32,000 nt of DNA from an uncultured archaeon (GCA_964589775.1 CAZPUN010000021.1:60001-92000), one strand, 5' to 3'. Shown: positions 18,617 to 28,962, counted from the first letter of the stretch. Notes: generated by a model from the letters alone, not told the origin. Program-made: numbers and translations.

Positions 18617-18895
18617 ATGATAAAGAAATTATTACAATTAATACAAAAAAATGGTATATCTAGTCGTTCTATTTTGGCAAAAGAAATGAATATCTCTGTT
18701 GAATTATTAGATTTGATGCTCACAGATCTGCAACGCAAGGGATATATTGAGGTTAACAAAATACCTGATGGGACGTCATGTGAAATATGTCCATTTCATA
18801 AAATTTGCAAAATTTCAAAGGAAGAATGCGAATCTAATAATCAACAAACACTCAGATTAACTAAAAAGGGTCTTGATTTTGTAAATTCACAATAA
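18617..18895 (+). CDS. FeoC-like winged-helix protein with Cys cluster
   Basis: wHTH (LAKEMNIS.ELL..ML..L.RKGYI) plus CEICPFHKIC; start revised to ATG 18617. Confidence 0.78.
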   Translation: MIKKLLQLIQKNGISSRSILAKEMNISVELLDLMLTDLQRKGYIEVNKIPDGTSCEICPFHKICKISKEECESNNQQTLRLTKKGLDFVNSQ

Positions 18896-19417
18896 TGATT
18901 TCTGTCGGACTTTTTCTAAAATACGTTCTACAAGTTTTTGGAATGCTTCTTCAACACCAATTGCATTTTTTGCGGATGCTCTTACATATTCAAGGTCATA
19001 TTTTTCTACCACTTTCTTTACATTTTCCGGGTTAGTGTTTGATGGTAAATCAATTTTGTTCTCTATTAGTATGACCGGTATTTTTGAATTGACCTCATAT
19101 AATACATTTAACCAATCATCGATCGTATCTAATGTTTCTGGTTTAGTTGTATCAAAAACAAAAAATGCACCCGCTGCATTCTGATAATATGCTCTTCTTA
19201 AATTTCTAAAACCTTGTTGTCCTGCAATATCCCAAATAACTAATTTTACGGTTAAATTTTTTACTTGTACGTGTTTAACGTGAATGTTGGTTCCCAAAGT
19301 TTTCAAATAGTCTTGACTGAAACTATCATAAACGAATCTACTGACTAGACTAGTTTTTCCAACTTTGCCTTCTCCTAGAAAGCAAACCTTGAATAAATAT
19401 GTATTACGAGTTTCCAC
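18887..19417 (-). CDS. Rab-like small GTPase (Ras superfamily)
   Basis: G1 GEGKVGKT, G2 T, G3 WDIAGQ, G4 NKID, G5 SAK; GTG start with GGAGG SD; no C-terminal Cys prenylation motif. Confidence 0.93.
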   Translation of the reverse strand: METRNTYLFKVCFLGEGKVGKTSLVSRFVYDSFSQDYLKTLGTNIHVKHVQVKNLTVKLVIWDIAGQQGFRNLRRAYYQNAAGAFFVFDTTKPETLDTIDDWLNVLYEVNSKIPVILIENKIDLPSNTNPENVKKVVEKYDLEYVRASAKNAIGVEEAFQKLVERILEKVRQKSLL

Positions 19418-19545
19418 ATATTGGCCTCCAAATTTATTTACGATAGTTTCTGTTTCTCTCTGAAATCCCTCTTTATACTTATTTTATACTTTAATATTTA
19501 TTAAATCTACCGTATATAAGAGTTAACTTTTTTCATATTTTCTTT

Positions 19546-20187
19546 TTACTTCTTAGTATTTATTTCTATTGTAAATTTGAACGGGCCTCTATATAACTTT
19601 GATGCTGGGCACCCATAGCATGAACCATGAATATATTCTTCGCAATGCTCACAATCCATATTGCACATTTTTTCTTTTCCTACCAATTTGTCTATTGGAC
19701 GAATATGTACAAAATGTGGTTCTACATGTTGTCCAATAGTCAATACACTTCTTTGCTTAATCCCTTGTGATTCCTTCATTATGCAATTTCCAATAGTGAT
19801 TTCTAATTGTTTTTTATCTTCTGAATATACCAAAGCTACTATATCATATTCACCCATAACTGTACTGATCTTTAATATCCTCGGGCAGTTTTTGTATTTC
19901 TCAACTATTTTTCGTGTTGTTGTGATTCCATCTGTTTTTAGCAAAATGTATGCGAGTTCTAATCCCAATATTTCCGGATTTATAGCTGAAACCGTTTTTA
20001 TTGCTCCTGACTTTATTAATTTCAAGAATCGTTCTCTTATTGAAACGTGTGATAAACCTATTTTTTCCCCAATTTCTGTAAAACTAATTCTCGCGTTTTC
20101 TGCCATTGCTGCAATTATGGCTTTATCAATGTCATCAAGAGCTTTTTTATCTTTCAAGATTGACACCTTGTTACAATTTGTAATCAT
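19546..20187 (-). CDS. Lrp/AsnC family transcriptional regulator with Cys-rich C-terminal extension
   Basis: LDDID..I...M.ENARISFTEIG HTH, G.YD RAM domain, C-terminal CNMDCEHC...CYGCP; alternative TTG start at 20157. Confidence 0.88.
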   Translation of the reverse strand: MITNCNKVSILKDKKALDDIDKAIIAAMAENARISFTEIGEKIGLSHVSIRERFLKLIKSGAIKTVSAINPEILGLELAYILLKTDGITTTRKIVEKYKNCPRILKISTVMGEYDIVALVYSEDKKQLEITIGNCIMKESQGIKQRSVLTIGQHVEPHFVHIRPIDKLVGKEKMCNMDCEHCEEYIHGSCYGCPASKLYRGPFKFTIEINTKK

Positions 20188-20280
20188 TCTATATAAATTT
20201 GCCTAATCTAAATTATTTCATAGCAAAAATGGCAGAAAAATAAAAAAATTGAAATATAAAAAAGCAAAAAGATTCAATTT

Positions 20281-21372
20281 TTAGTCCATATTTTGTAACG
20301 TTTTTCTAATAGCTTTGTAGCTGAATTCATAATTTACTCCGACTGGTTTGATGAATCCGGCTTCTTCTAATCGTCTTAGATGTTCGAGTATCTCTAATTT
20401 TTCTTTTGGATTGTCTGGTGCGATATCTTTGTACGAGAAGGTATCACCCACTTTTGCTGCGCGAATCAACAGATCTTTATCTTCTTGGGCGAGTCTATTG
20501 AATCGTCTTAAGATTAACTCTCTTACTTCATCGGGTACATCTATATTTTCATATCCTTCTTTGAGTGATAGTGTTCCATTTGATTCTGTGATATATCCAT
20601 TTTTATCTAATGTGCTCATAAGTGCTAGTACAAAATATGGGTTTCCTCGCGTGTGACTATATATAAAATCAATGAACACATCAGAAACTTTACTTTTCGT
20701 CATCTCTTCTATTGTTTGCTTTGTTTCTTCTTTTGTTAGGGGAGATAGATCAATTATTTTTGCGATTTGTTGAATGTTCTTTAATGCAGCTTCCGCCTTT
20801 GAACCCTTAGCTGTGATAAGTTCCTCAGGAATCTGTGAACCTATAAACAAGATTCGTCTCTGTTTTGATTCTCTTAGTATGTATAATAGTGTGTCTAATG
20901 TATCTGCACCTGCTGCTTGGATATCTTCAAAAATGAGAACGAGTGGTTTTATCTCTGCAATTCTTGTAAGTACTCTATTTATTAAGGCAATTAAATCCTC
21001 ATGATCAATTTCTAATTCGCCACTAAATACTGCTTTTACCTTTTCTAATGGATTATCTGGTTTATTTTGATATGAGTTTTCTAATGCTTTCATAATCTCT
21101 TCATTTTCTTGAAGAATGTCAAACATATCAATAATCCCTGAATATCTTACTTTGTGTGCTTTTAATTGTGCTTTTACTCTGATTATGAAAGCCTTATCCT
21201 TTAAATCTTCAATCAACTTGTTAAGAACAACTGTCTTACCGATTCCCGCTTCTCCTCTAACCAATACAACTCGCAGCTGTCCCTGGAGGGTTTCTTCGAA
21301 TATTTTCTTTAATTCTTCAGTTACTTTTTCTCTTCCTACTATGGAAGACGTTTTAGGGTCAGCCTGAAACAT
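20281..21372 (-). CDS. AAA_16 / STAND-like ATPase with C-terminal winged helix
   Basis: VGRE, Walker A GEAGIGKT, Walker B LIFED, T.GNPYF; start revised to ATG 21372 with AGGAG SD. Confidence 0.85.
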   Translation of the reverse strand: MFQADPKTSSIVGREKVTEELKKIFEETLQGQLRVVLVRGEAGIGKTVVLNKLIEDLKDKAFIIRVKAQLKAHKVRYSGIIDMFDILQENEEIMKALENSYQNKPDNPLEKVKAVFSGELEIDHEDLIALINRVLTRIAEIKPLVLIFEDIQAAGADTLDTLLYILRESKQRRILFIGSQIPEELITAKGSKAEAALKNIQQIAKIIDLSPLTKEETKQTIEEMTKSKVSDVFIDFIYSHTRGNPYFVLALMSTLDKNGYITESNGTLSLKEGYENIDVPDEVRELILRRFNRLAQEDKDLLIRAAKVGDTFSYKDIAPDNPKEKLEILEHLRRLEEAGFIKPVGVNYEFSYKAIRKTLQNMD

Positions 21373-21553
21373 AATATCAGCTCCTAAATACACAAATAAC
21401 TTCTTGTGATTTGTTGATATCATCAAATAAAACCCTTGTGGTCTATTGTTTTATGGTTAAAGAACTGTATATATTTTTTGGTGCTTCTTATAAATAAGTT
21501 CACCTTTTCATAGTTTTTCCTATTTTTGATTTTAAAAAATAAAAAAAGAAGGG

Positions 21554-23290
21554 CTATCTGTGCGTCCATATAAACTCAATTGTATCCTCTATCTTTTCAA
21601 CTTTACAAAACGCAAATCTTTCGAATTGAATTATGTCTCCAACTTTTACATTCCTAATATCTGGCTCGGCGATTCCATCTTCATATGTTCCATCAACCAT
21701 TAGAATTTTTACTGGCTCTGCAGATTTCCTTGGTACCCATTGAATTATGCGTGCATTATGTTTTCTGGCATCATCTATGGTTCGACTATGATATTTTGCC
21801 TCTCCTTTTCCATTGCTAAATGATTTTAGTTCTATATTCATAAGGTCCTTCAGGCGTACAATTTTTCCTTGAAGTTTCTCTGCATCTCTCCTCTGTATGT
21901 TAATGAACAAATCCGCATTCTCTCTGAATAATGGTATTGTTCTTGTTCCTCGTTCTGGAAAGTCTGGATGTATTGGTGGATGCGATTCTACTATGTCCTC
22001 AGGAGCTCCGATGATCTTTAATTCTACGGGATCATGTACCATAAAGTATCTATTGGCTACTGGATCTATTAGAGCTCTGTTTATTGAGTATATTTGCTCT
22101 GGTGAAAACGTAACATCTACAGCACTTAATCCAATATCAAGTAATGCTTGTCTTATTGCTTCTGGTTTAATTCCTCTTCTCTTCAATGATTGTAGGCTCC
22201 ATGTTCGTGGATCAGACCAGCCTTGATATTCTCCTGTTCGTACTTTTTCTGCCGATTTGCTTTTACTTAGTGAGAGATCTTTAATTCGCATTCGACCATA
22301 GAGTATGATCTGTGGCTTTTTCCAGCCATAGATATCCCAAATCATATTCTCGATAATTCCTTCCTTTCGTAGATCTTTTCCTCGAATAATGTGGCTAATT
22401 CCAAATTCATGGTCATCGATGCCCCACGAAAATTCCAATAGTGGCCAGACTCTATATTTTGTGCCAACACGTGGATGTTCTTTTTCAGAAATTCGTAACA
22501 TGACCGGGTCTCTTAATGCAGGATCTGGATGTGCCATGTCTGTTTTTAATCGGACCACAGCTCCACGTTCTGGGTATGTACCATCCAGCATCTTCTCCCA
22601 ACGTTCGAGATTTTCTTCAATTGAAAGATCACGACATGGGCAGGCTTTCTTTTGCATTTTATACTTTTCGCGCCATTCTTTTCCATCGCATGTACATACG
22701 TATGTCTCGCCCTTTTCTAATGTATCCCGAGCATATTTATAGAATATGTCAAGTCTATCAGATTTATAGTATGTTTTATGCCATTTTACACCAAGATATT
22801 CAAGTCCTTCAGGAATCATGTCATATGCTTCTGGGTCTATTAATTTTGTTTCTGAACCGATTGTATCATCAAAGACCAGATATAGTTCGCCTTTGTATCG
22901 TTTGGCATAATAATCATTCAAAACAACCATACGTGAGTTTCCAATATGTAATGGTCCAGAAGGATATGGTGCGAGTCTTAATACGATTTTATCATATTTG
23001 TCTGCCTCTGGCAATGGAGGTAATTCTTTCTTTTCATCTTTCTTCTTCTGTTGTTCTTCCAAAGCATTAGGATCTATTTCCAATAATCGCTTCTTTTGCT
23101 CCTCCAAGCTCATAGAATTTACTTTCTCAACAATTTCTTGGATCATTTGTTGTAATTCTTTAATTTTCTTTTTAAATTCCGGATTGGCTTTTATTGCTGA
23201 ACCAATTATTGATTTTGGATTAGCTTTTCCGCCATATTTTATTGCATTCAATAGTGCCAATTTTTCAATAAGAATTCTATCATCCAACAT
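21554..23290 (-). CDS. gltX: Glutamate--tRNA ligase, archaeal type
   Basis: AL.NA.KYGGKA N-domain, RLAPYPSGPLHIGN, RGKDL, LSKS, WSDPR, QFERF; start revised to ATG 23290. Confidence 0.96.
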   Translation of the reverse strand: MLDDRILIEKLALLNAIKYGGKANPKSIIGSAIKANPEFKKKIKELQQMIQEIVEKVNSMSLEEQKKRLLEIDPNALEEQQKKKDEKKELPPLPEADKYDKIVLRLAPYPSGPLHIGNSRMVVLNDYYAKRYKGELYLVFDDTIGSETKLIDPEAYDMIPEGLEYLGVKWHKTYYKSDRLDIFYKYARDTLEKGETYVCTCDGKEWREKYKMQKKACPCRDLSIEENLERWEKMLDGTYPERGAVVRLKTDMAHPDPALRDPVMLRISEKEHPRVGTKYRVWPLLEFSWGIDDHEFGISHIIRGKDLRKEGIIENMIWDIYGWKKPQIILYGRMRIKDLSLSKSKSAEKVRTGEYQGWSDPRTWSLQSLKRRGIKPEAIRQALLDIGLSAVDVTFSPEQIYSINRALIDPVANRYFMVHDPVELKIIGAPEDIVESHPPIHPDFPERGTRTIPLFRENADLFINIQRRDAEKLQGKIVRLKDLMNIELKSFSNGKGEAKYHSRTIDDARKHNARIIQWVPRKSAEPVKILMVDGTYEDGIAEPDIRNVKVGDIIQFERFAFCKVEKIEDTIEFIWTHR

Positions 23291-23356
23291 GATTCCCTCG
23301 TTAATATAGTCTAACATATAGCTTTGAGAATTGAGTTAAAAATGTGACGAAAGAGT

Positions 23357-24970
23357 TCATATTAGCCAGTCATATGAATCAATCGCCATAAATACCATTC
23401 TGAATGCATGTATTCGAAACGTGTATGTCAATGGAATTGATGCTTCTCCTGTTTGAGCTTCTATGGCTTTACTTATTTGAGTTAAAATATCTGTAACTCC
23501 TTGTTCTCCAAAACTCGCATAAATCGTATTGAGCGAATATATTTCTATGTCTTGTATTCCAATTCCACTTAGAATTAGTATATCTCTAACAATTTCTGAA
23601 ATGTTTGAATATGAGGCATGAATTATATTTAGTTTGTCTTCTGAAATATTGCCTGCGATTCCGATTGTGGCGATACTTTCATTACCGAAATTTCTGTATA
23701 GGCTTAATCCATAACTATATGGATAATATGAATACACCTCTCCATCCATCGCATATGAAATTGTAGAGCGTTCAAGTGTAATTCCTTTCTTATTCCAGCC
23801 TGCTATTCCCATAGGATGTCCCATTAATAATTGTATGAAATTATCTCCATCTACAAGATCATCTAAAACCATTGGCATACCTAAACTTCTAGCTGTGTAT
23901 CCTTGGTTTTTTATATACGTACCGAGTTGTTCGTAAATTTGGAATGTGTTTGCGCTTGATATGTTTCCAAGCGTTCTAAGATATCTACAAAGCCCTGGAA
24001 TATCTACTCTTCTCATATATTGCATCATTTCAAGATTTTCTTCTCTTGCTTGTGAAAAGTCTATTTCAATTCCTTTTATATAGGATTCAAAATTGTTATC
24101 TTTTATCCACTTTGTTAAGTTTTGAGTGATTTTATAATATGTATTTATGTTTTGCATTGATACATGCCAATCTGAAGTTGAAGTTTCACGTGGCCTAGCG
24201 ACAATATTAATCCCATGAGTTCCTAAGAACATAGTCATATTGTAAAACCATGAGTTTGTATTGAATTGATCTGCAGGAGCATCTAAAATAATATAGCCGT
24301 ATTTTGAGATGTTATTGAGAGTAATATTAGATAATGATGTCCAATTTACATTTGCGCCCAAATCTGGACTATAGTCTATTATGAATCCTATCTGAGGCAT
24401 TTCTTGTGCTACTGGGATTGATACAATTGGATTATGCCCCATATATGAAACAGAATATGGAAAACCAATACCTATGATATTCAAGAATACAAACCAGAAA
24501 ATGCTCTTTCTTGATATCTTGGGTCTTTTTAAACTAACATGCTTTACTCGTTTAAAATGAAATCCACCAAATATTAATAGCACACCAAAAAGATTGATTA
24601 CATTGATAATGGTCATTTTTGATAATAAAGGCGATATTGCCATAAGAAACAAAGATGCGATGAGCATCACTAATAATGAACCAATCGTGTTTTTATTTTT
24701 ATACAAGCCAATTGTAATTAATGGAATTATAAAAAATAGTGGCAGTACCCATAATATTATTGGAATGAGCTCTAATAGCGTATTACCCGCAAAAATCATT
24801 CTAACTAAAACCGAAAGTAATGTGTAAAATAAAATGAATATATTCATAATATATATTGCAAATATCGCGTAATAATTATACTTGTATGAAACGCCACTTC
24901 GATATATTGTCCAGATTTTTTGTATCGTTTGCCGGAATTTATCAGGCGGTCTTGAATTTTCGTCAGCCAT
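23357..24970 (-). CDS. Membrane protein with ~5 N-terminal TMs and a large extracytoplasmic domain
   Basis: Hydrophobic N-terminal third; soluble C-terminal alpha/beta region with several N-x-S/T sequons; start revised to ATG 24970. Confidence 0.7.
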   Translation of the reverse strand: MADENSRPPDKFRQTIQKIWTIYRSGVSYKYNYYAIFAIYIMNIFILFYTLLSVLVRMIFAGNTLLELIPIILWVLPLFFIIPLITIGLYKNKNTIGSLLVMLIASLFLMAISPLLSKMTIINVINLFGVLLIFGGFHFKRVKHVSLKRPKISRKSIFWFVFLNIIGIGFPYSVSYMGHNPIVSIPVAQEMPQIGFIIDYSPDLGANVNWTSLSNITLNNISKYGYIILDAPADQFNTNSWFYNMTMFLGTHGINIVARPRETSTSDWHVSMQNINTYYKITQNLTKWIKDNNFESYIKGIEIDFSQAREENLEMMQYMRRVDIPGLCRYLRTLGNISSANTFQIYEQLGTYIKNQGYTARSLGMPMVLDDLVDGDNFIQLLMGHPMGIAGWNKKGITLERSTISYAMDGEVYSYYPYSYGLSLYRNFGNESIATIGIAGNISEDKLNIIHASYSNISEIVRDILILSGIGIQDIEIYSLNTIYASFGEQGVTDILTQISKAIEAQTGEASIPLTYTFRIHAFRMVFMAIDSYDWLI

Positions 24971-25140
24971 TTTGATCAGCACAATTATCAATTATATTTT
25001 AATAAGGGATATATTATAATTTCTAATATATAATTAAGTAATAAAAAACATTTGAGGTGCGCAATTTGGTTAGTGGATATTTTGTTATTGTTTTATTGAC
25101 GAATCTTACGTTTCTATGGTTATTTATTTCTGGTGCGCTT

Positions 25141-26013
25141 ATGGAAGTGCTCTCGCAGCGTGTATTCAGAAGTGCATACGTGGTTGACAGCTTAGTATTC
25201 AGAATTTTAATGGGTCCTGGAATTATCATGCATGAATCTTCACATGCGCTTGCATGTATTTTAACACGTACTAAAATTGTAGAATTCAAACCGTATAAGA
25301 TTGAGAAAACTGCAGATGGATATATTTTGGGCTACGTAAAGCATGTCGAGCCATCTTCAAGCTTAAAATCTGCAATTATCGGTATTGCACCGATGTTTAT
25401 GTCATTTGTAATTTTAGGTCTTATTTCTTTAGTTCTTCCATCCAATCCCCCATTGGGCGGGCAAATTTGGTCCGGATTACAAACATTAATTGCAGCAAAA
25501 TTCTCAACTGATGTTGGAATAGTGCTTGCGGTATATAGTTCCATCATAGTTGGCGTATTGATTGGTATCGGGAATCTTACGATACTGAATCCGATCTTTT
25601 GGTTATTCCTCTATTTGGCATTAACAATTTCATTCATGGCAAATCCATCATCCCAGGACTTAACAAATGCGAACAAAGGTCTAAAAATAATTATTGTATT
25701 TAACGCAATTTGGCTCCTTATTTCATTTCTATTGCCTGCTTCGGGATATGCTTTATTTGGTCTCTATGAATTATTATCTGTAATATTCTCACTTGCGACG
25801 GCGTTTACAATACTTGCATGGGGAACTTTTGTAATCGGTTATTTTCTTTCTCGACTCAGAATACCATTTAATATTATTGCGATCATAATCATGTTTGTTG
25901 TGCATTTTCCGTTATCTTCAATTATAGCTCCAGCTGCACTGTTGACCTTGGTTGATTTTGGTGTTCTGCTAGGCGTCTCAATTATTATGAATCTGGTACC
26001 TGCCTTCAGATGA
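25141..26013 (+). CDS. Membrane zinc metalloprotease (M50B/DUF3267-like)
   Basis: PGIIMHESSHAL (HExxH), GYV.H, IGIAP, PS.QD; multi-TM; start revised to ATG 25141. Confidence 0.8.
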   Translation: MEVLSQRVFRSAYVVDSLVFRILMGPGIIMHESSHALACILTRTKIVEFKPYKIEKTADGYILGYVKHVEPSSSLKSAIIGIAPMFMSFVILGLISLVLPSNPPLGGQIWSGLQTLIAAKFSTDVGIVLAVYSSIIVGVLIGIGNLTILNPIFWLFLYLALTISFMANPSSQDLTNANKGLKIIIVFNAIWLLISFLLPASGYALFGLYELLSVIFSLATAFTILAWGTFVIGYFLSRLRIPFNIIAIIIMFVVHFPLSSIIAPAALLTLVDFGVLLGVSIIMNLVPAFR

Positions 26014-26146
26014 TAATTCTTTTATTTTCTATTTTTTCAAAAATATTTATGAGTAATTTATTTATACTCTATAATCATAAAGATATTTGAGAGTCAATTC
26101 AATTTGAATTTAATGAGAAAAATCAAACCTCTTTGAAGTGATTTTA

Positions 26147-27751
26147 ATGAGTGCAGGAGAGAAAAAAACAACAGCACCAGAGAGCAGAAAGGAAGCGATT
26201 GAAGCAGTTCTACGTGAATCTGGCTTAAGTGATGAAGAAATCTCTATTTATTTAGGGACAGACCGTGATACTAGTTTTTCAGGTCCGGTTGAAGAATCTT
26301 TAACCCTGCCTGAAGGAGTATCTGTTGCGGATGAAGATGCTATTGAGAAAGTTATTGAAGAGGAATTTGAAGAAGCATTAAAGTGGGTAGATTCCCTAGA
26401 ATCTAAAGAACGCACGCCTGAATTGATCGAGGCTGCACCCGAAGAAGGTTTCGATGTCATATTAGATAAGCTTGAGGAATTACGAACTGAAGTAAATAGG
26501 CTTCAAAGAGGAATTATCACCGTTTTTGCCAGTCAACTGTTGCAACTACGTAAAAAGATCAGTAGTTTATCTGGTGATATATCTGATGAAATGGTTCGAC
26601 GATTACGTATGAAATTCTTCAAACCCTTTATTGAAACGACATATCGTTCTATTGTAGATGATGAATTTGAAAGGCTAGAACGTGAAATAATAGATAATAT
26701 TGTTAAATCGACCGGAGATAAATTCAAAGAATTTGCAATTAGTGTCCGTGAGTCTGAAGAAAAACTACGTAGCGTAGTTATGGATCAAAAAGAAGTTGTT
26801 GAAGAATATCTAAAGAGCTTAGAACGTGAACTCGATGCTGAGCGCGATAAGAACATTAAGAACACTCGAATTATTGAAGATTTGAAAAGAGAAAATCTCG
26901 AGCTAAGAAAGCAATTAGGTCTTCTGCGTGAGAAGGGTGCGATTGCCGGAGAAACTGATAGACGTATTGATGAACTTACTGATGAACTTGATTCTCTGCG
27001 TGCTCAGATTGCTAAGAAAGATGTTACTATCGCGGGTCTCCGAGAAAGTTTGGAAAAAGCTAAACAAAGAATTGATGAGTTAACGAAACGTAATGGCGAC
27101 CTTGAAGCGCAATTAGAAATATTCAAGACTGAGGCATCATCTGGTTCTGCGGATGTTGAGAAGTATCGTATTGAAATTGAGAGTTTGAAATCCAAGATTA
27201 GTATTTTAGAAAAAGCTCTCGAAGAAAAACGAATGCAAGCTGAACTTGCGCAATCTAAGATTCGCAAATTAGAAGATGAACTTGAATTGGCCCGCTCTAC
27301 GACATCTGAATCTACTGTAACTGTTTCTGAGGATGTTATGAAAGAGCTAACTGAGCTACGCGAGCGTATCAAACATGTTGTTGAGCTTGAAGAAAAAGTT
27401 TCAAAGTTAGAAGATGAACGGAAGCAATATATTGCTAAAATTGATGAACTCAAAGCTCAAGTTGACGAAGCGCAGCAAAATGCGATGGCATTTCAGCAAA
27501 TTGTAGAAGATCTTCAAAAGGCTAAGGATGAAGCGGAATATCTCATGGGTCGTTATAAGACAATCTTAGATTCAGACAATCAATATAAGATGATTATTTT
27601 ACTTGATAGTGTTAAAGCAATGAATTTGGATGCATTAGCAAAGACACTTGGAGCTCCGAAGGGTCTTGTCAAATCTTGGGCTATGAAATTACAAAAGCTT
27701 GGGCTTGTAGAAATTGAAGGCGATGTGGTACGGGTTGTCGAACGACTCTAA
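26147..27751 (+). CDS. Long coiled-coil protein with C-terminal winged-helix domain
   Basis: E/K/R/L-rich heptads over ~400 aa; C-terminal L..LAKTLG.....VKSW..KLQKLGLVEI; no Walker motif. Confidence 0.8.
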   Translation: MSAGEKKTTAPESRKEAIEAVLRESGLSDEEISIYLGTDRDTSFSGPVEESLTLPEGVSVADEDAIEKVIEEEFEEALKWVDSLESKERTPELIEAAPEEGFDVILDKLEELRTEVNRLQRGIITVFASQLLQLRKKISSLSGDISDEMVRRLRMKFFKPFIETTYRSIVDDEFERLEREIIDNIVKSTGDKFKEFAISVRESEEKLRSVVMDQKEVVEEYLKSLERELDAERDKNIKNTRIIEDLKRENLELRKQLGLLREKGAIAGETDRRIDELTDELDSLRAQIAKKDVTIAGLRESLEKAKQRIDELTKRNGDLEAQLEIFKTEASSGSADVEKYRIEIESLKSKISILEKALEEKRMQAELAQSKIRKLEDELELARSTTSESTVTVSEDVMKELTELRERIKHVVELEEKVSKLEDERKQYIAKIDELKAQVDEAQQNAMAFQQIVEDLQKAKDEAEYLMGRYKTILDSDNQYKMIILLDSVKAMNLDALAKTLGAPKGLVKSWAMKLQKLGLVEIEGDVVRVVERL

Positions 27752-28098
27752 AATGTTATAGTTCTATCGCCTTCATTCATTGCTTCTATTATTTTTTTCC
27801 AATATTCTGCCATGGAAATTAAAGATCTGGAAAAATCTTGAGAAAGCCAGAATTTGCCTTGTTTCTTTTCAATCATTCCGATATCTCTTAATTTTCTCAT
27901 TACTTTTACGTATAATCCTCTACTTGTATATAGGAAATCCTCCCATTTCTCTACGGGATAAACTCCACCATTCTCGATTAATTTGTTTAAGATCTTAGAA
28001 GCTTGTATCACTTGCAATTCAGTAAAAAATATATATCTCAGTAGATGGTTTGGCGATATTAATGTAGGTCTTTTTACTATAGTTATTTTTGAGGGCAT
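27748..28098 (-). CDS. Small winged-helix-like protein
   Basis: Y.KVMRKLRDIGMIEK..G...LS..F pattern; stop overlaps the convergent gene. Confidence 0.7.
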   Translation of the reverse strand: MPSKITIVKRPTLISPNHLLRYIFFTELQVIQASKILNKLIENGGVYPVEKWEDFLYTSRGLYVKVMRKLRDIGMIEKKQGKFWLSQDFSRSLISMAEYWKKIIEAMNEGDRTITF

Positions 28099-28236
28099 TT
28101 TAAATCTCTCTAGCTTTTGTATTCATTACATATTATTCTACATTTTTTGTTTTTTAATCAATTTTTTGTATTTAAGTTAAAAAATATAAGTATCATCCAC
28201 CATATAATTTTATAATAGGAGGTCTATAACTCTAAA

Positions 28237-28962
28237 ATGAAACATGAAAATAAAAAGCTGATCAACATTAGTGAACTCATTGGCTTCGATATTGGGCTGT
28301 CTCTAAAACCATCTCTAATTCGGAATGATTTTGATTGGACTCTTGAATGGCTTATTTCAATACAGTCAGACATAGATTATCTATTGATTGAAGCCGAACG
28401 TGAAGAAGATTATTTATCTTTGGATGAACTTCAGAGAATCTCTAGAAATGCGCCATCTGTACAAATTATACCTACTGTACAAATTAGGCGTCGTTTGGCT
28501 GAAGAACGAATACTGAAATATAAAAAAATTGGTGCTGTAAATCTTGTTGCCGGTGATATCAAATATCTTCGAAAAGGAGAAGAAAATTTTGATTCCCGAA
28601 CTCGTATGTACAGTGCAGTGAAACTTGCTATTAAAAATAATTTTCACCTTATTTGGGTCGGTATTGATCATTTGCGAGGTCCTGCACTTTATTTATCAAA
28701 TAAATATCCCCGACGGTTAGGTTTTGTACATAGAAATTGGCTTTATACCTATTATCCGCCTATTGCTGAAGCTGATGAATATTATATGGTTGATCTTGAA
28801 TCACTCAAGGATGATGATGTGGGTATTACATTCAGGGTTCTTCTAGAATTAAGTGCTCGTGGCTTTATTGCGAAAGTTACAAATTTAGATTTTAATTTAC
28901 ACAAATGTATTGTATCGATGAAAGAAAAAATAAACAACCAAATAATTCGCCTGAATTTGTAA
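28237..28962 (+). CDS. Hypothetical protein, possibly a degenerate MTHFR-like TIM barrel
   Basis: IIPTVQIR and VNLVAGD segments echo MTHFR strands; AGGAGG upstream. Confidence 0.55.
   Translation: MKHENKKLINISELIGFDIGLSLKPSLIRNDFDWTLEWLISIQSDIDYLLIEAEREEDYLSLDELQRISRNAPSVQIIPTVQIRRRLAEERILKYKKIGAVNLVAGDIKYLRKGEENFDSRTRMYSAVKLAIKNNFHLIWVGIDHLRGPALYLSNKYPRRLGFVHRNWLYTYYPPIAEADEYYMVDLESLKDDDVGITFRVLLELSARGFIAKVTNLDFNLHKCIVSMKEKINNQIIRLNL

Noticed and set aside
26147-27751. SMC/Rad50 ATPase
   Set aside because: No Walker A/B, signature motif, hinge or Zn hook
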